Shown here piece after piece: positions 63,034-64,000 of a stretch of DNA of 64,000 nt. The notes under the pieces are model-generated. The model saw only the letters and a program-made list of their open reading frames with translations, did not search any database and had not been told where the DNA came from. A program made the translations under genes and the position numbers. Each line of letters opens with the position of its first letter. The first letter of the stretch is position 1. Source of the DNA: Candidatus Eiseniibacteriota bacterium (GTDB taxonomy: Bacteria; Eisenbacteria; RBG-16-71-46); contig JBGAML010000004.1 in NCBI GenBank assembly GCA_044223005.1, positions 232,920-296,919 on the forward strand, given 5' to 3'.

Positions 63034-63112
63034 TTTTCCCTTTTCCCGAAATCCCATCGTCCCCCATCGAGACACACTCGCTCCCCCGTGCGAGGGTCCT
63101 GGAGCCCGAGCC

Positions 63113-64000
63113 ATGAAATGGTTTGTGAACCAAAGCACGACGACCAAGCTGCTGAGCGCATTCGGATTCACCTGCGCGTTGATGCTGGCGGTCGGGATCG
63201 TGGGCATCCGCGATCTCGCATCCATGAACGGTGAGATGGAGAACCTCTACCTCCGCCACCTGAAGGGCATTTCGGCGATCCAGGAGGTCGAGACGCAGAA
63301 GTTCGCCGTCGGCCGCGCGGTCCGGCAGGCGATTCTCGAGCCCGACGTGGCCGCCAAGCGCAAGGCTGCCGACGAGGTCGAGGCGGCGCTCGGCGAGATG
63401 GACACGCAGATGACCGCGGCCGAGAAGACGCTCGTCAGCGCCGAAGCCAAGGCGCAGATGCGCGACCTGCGCGAGCTGTTTCCCAAGTGGGCGGGCACGA
63501 TGCGCGAGGTGACGCAGCTCGCGCTGCAGCAGCGCGACGGCGAGGCGTTCCAGATGATGAAGGGCAACATCCAGAACGCGAACGACATGAACGTGTTCCT
63601 CGACAAGATCCGCGAGAGCAAGCTCCAGCTGGGCGAGAAGGCCCACGAGGACGGCGCGAAACTCTACGGCGGCGCCCGGCTGCTGCTGGTCGCGCTGCTG
63701 CTCGTCGGGCTGGTCGTGTCGTTCGGCCTGGGCATCTTCATCGCCCGCCAGATCGCGAACCCGCTGCACCAGGCCGCGGACGTGCTGGCGAAGGTGGCGG
63801 ACGGCGACTTCACGCAGAAGCTGGCGATCGACACGCGTGACGAGGTCGGGCAGCTGGCGGCGTCGCTGAACAAGGCGGTGGAGTCGATGCGCGGGGCGCT
63901 GTCGCAGGTGGCGCACACGGCGCAGGAAGTGTCGACGGCGTCGGGCGAGCTGTCGTCGGCGTCGCAGTCCATCTCGGCGGGCGCGCAGGAGCAGGCGTCG
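63113..64000 (+). CDS. Methyl-accepting chemotaxis protein (4HB sensor, HAMP), partial at the right edge
   Basis: Manual translation: MKWFVNQSTTTKLLSAFG (TM1), helical sensor, TM2, HAMP VADGDFTQKL...DEVGQLA.SLN, ISAGAQEQAS. Confidence 0.92.
   Translation, partial: MKWFVNQSTTTKLLSAFGFTCALMLAVGIVGIRDLASMNGEMENLYLRHLKGISAIQEVETQKFAVGRAVRQAILEPDVAAKRKAADEVEAALGEMDTQMTAAEKTLVSAEAKAQMRDLRELFPKWAGTMREVTQLALQQRDGEAFQMMKGNIQNANDMNVFLDKIRESKLQLGEKAHEDGAKLYGGARLLLVALLLVGLVVSFGLGIFIARQIANPLHQAADVLAKVADGDFTQKLAIDTRDEVGQLAASLNKAVESMRGALSQVAHTAQEVSTASGELSSASQSISAGAQEQAS

Overview
A very GC-rich bacterial chromosome segment. Four secreted proteins end in a FlgD-Ig/T9SS-CTD-like tail and CoaBC has a Bacteroidota-like signature, suggesting an FCB-group organism such as Ca. 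Eisenbacteria (inference only). Left to right: thrB (partial) and thrA; a leftward TetR / TonB-dependent receptor / glycoside hydrolase / GH3 / sialate O-acetylesterase / epimerase cluster; selB followed by a lower-GC SRA-HNH nuclease; a membrane-anchored TPR-CHAT caspase-like protease divergent from an ECF-like sigma factor and a zf-HC2/TM/TPR anti-sigma; two secreted PGAM5-like phosphatases; two parallel beta-helix proteins; a PAS kinase, receiver and REC-GGDEF-EAL module; lhgO, thioredoxin, gdhA (sigma54-type promoter) and a REC/PPDK-like protein; a truncated RqcH-like gene; a PA-domain metallopeptidase with a small partner; a 14-blade beta-propeller; the housekeeping run yicC-gmk-rpoZ-coaBC-udg-dnaB (two LAGLIDADG inteins)-mlaEFD-radA-ybaK-ispD-ispF; then cheW and a partial MCP. 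The best candidate for a new system is the CHAT/sigma/anti-sigma locus. A 31-bp ECF-promoter-like element occurs twice there, once in front of the CHAT gene and once in front of a structured region with no credible ORF (candidate sRNA). All calls come from reading motifs by eye; no database searches were run.
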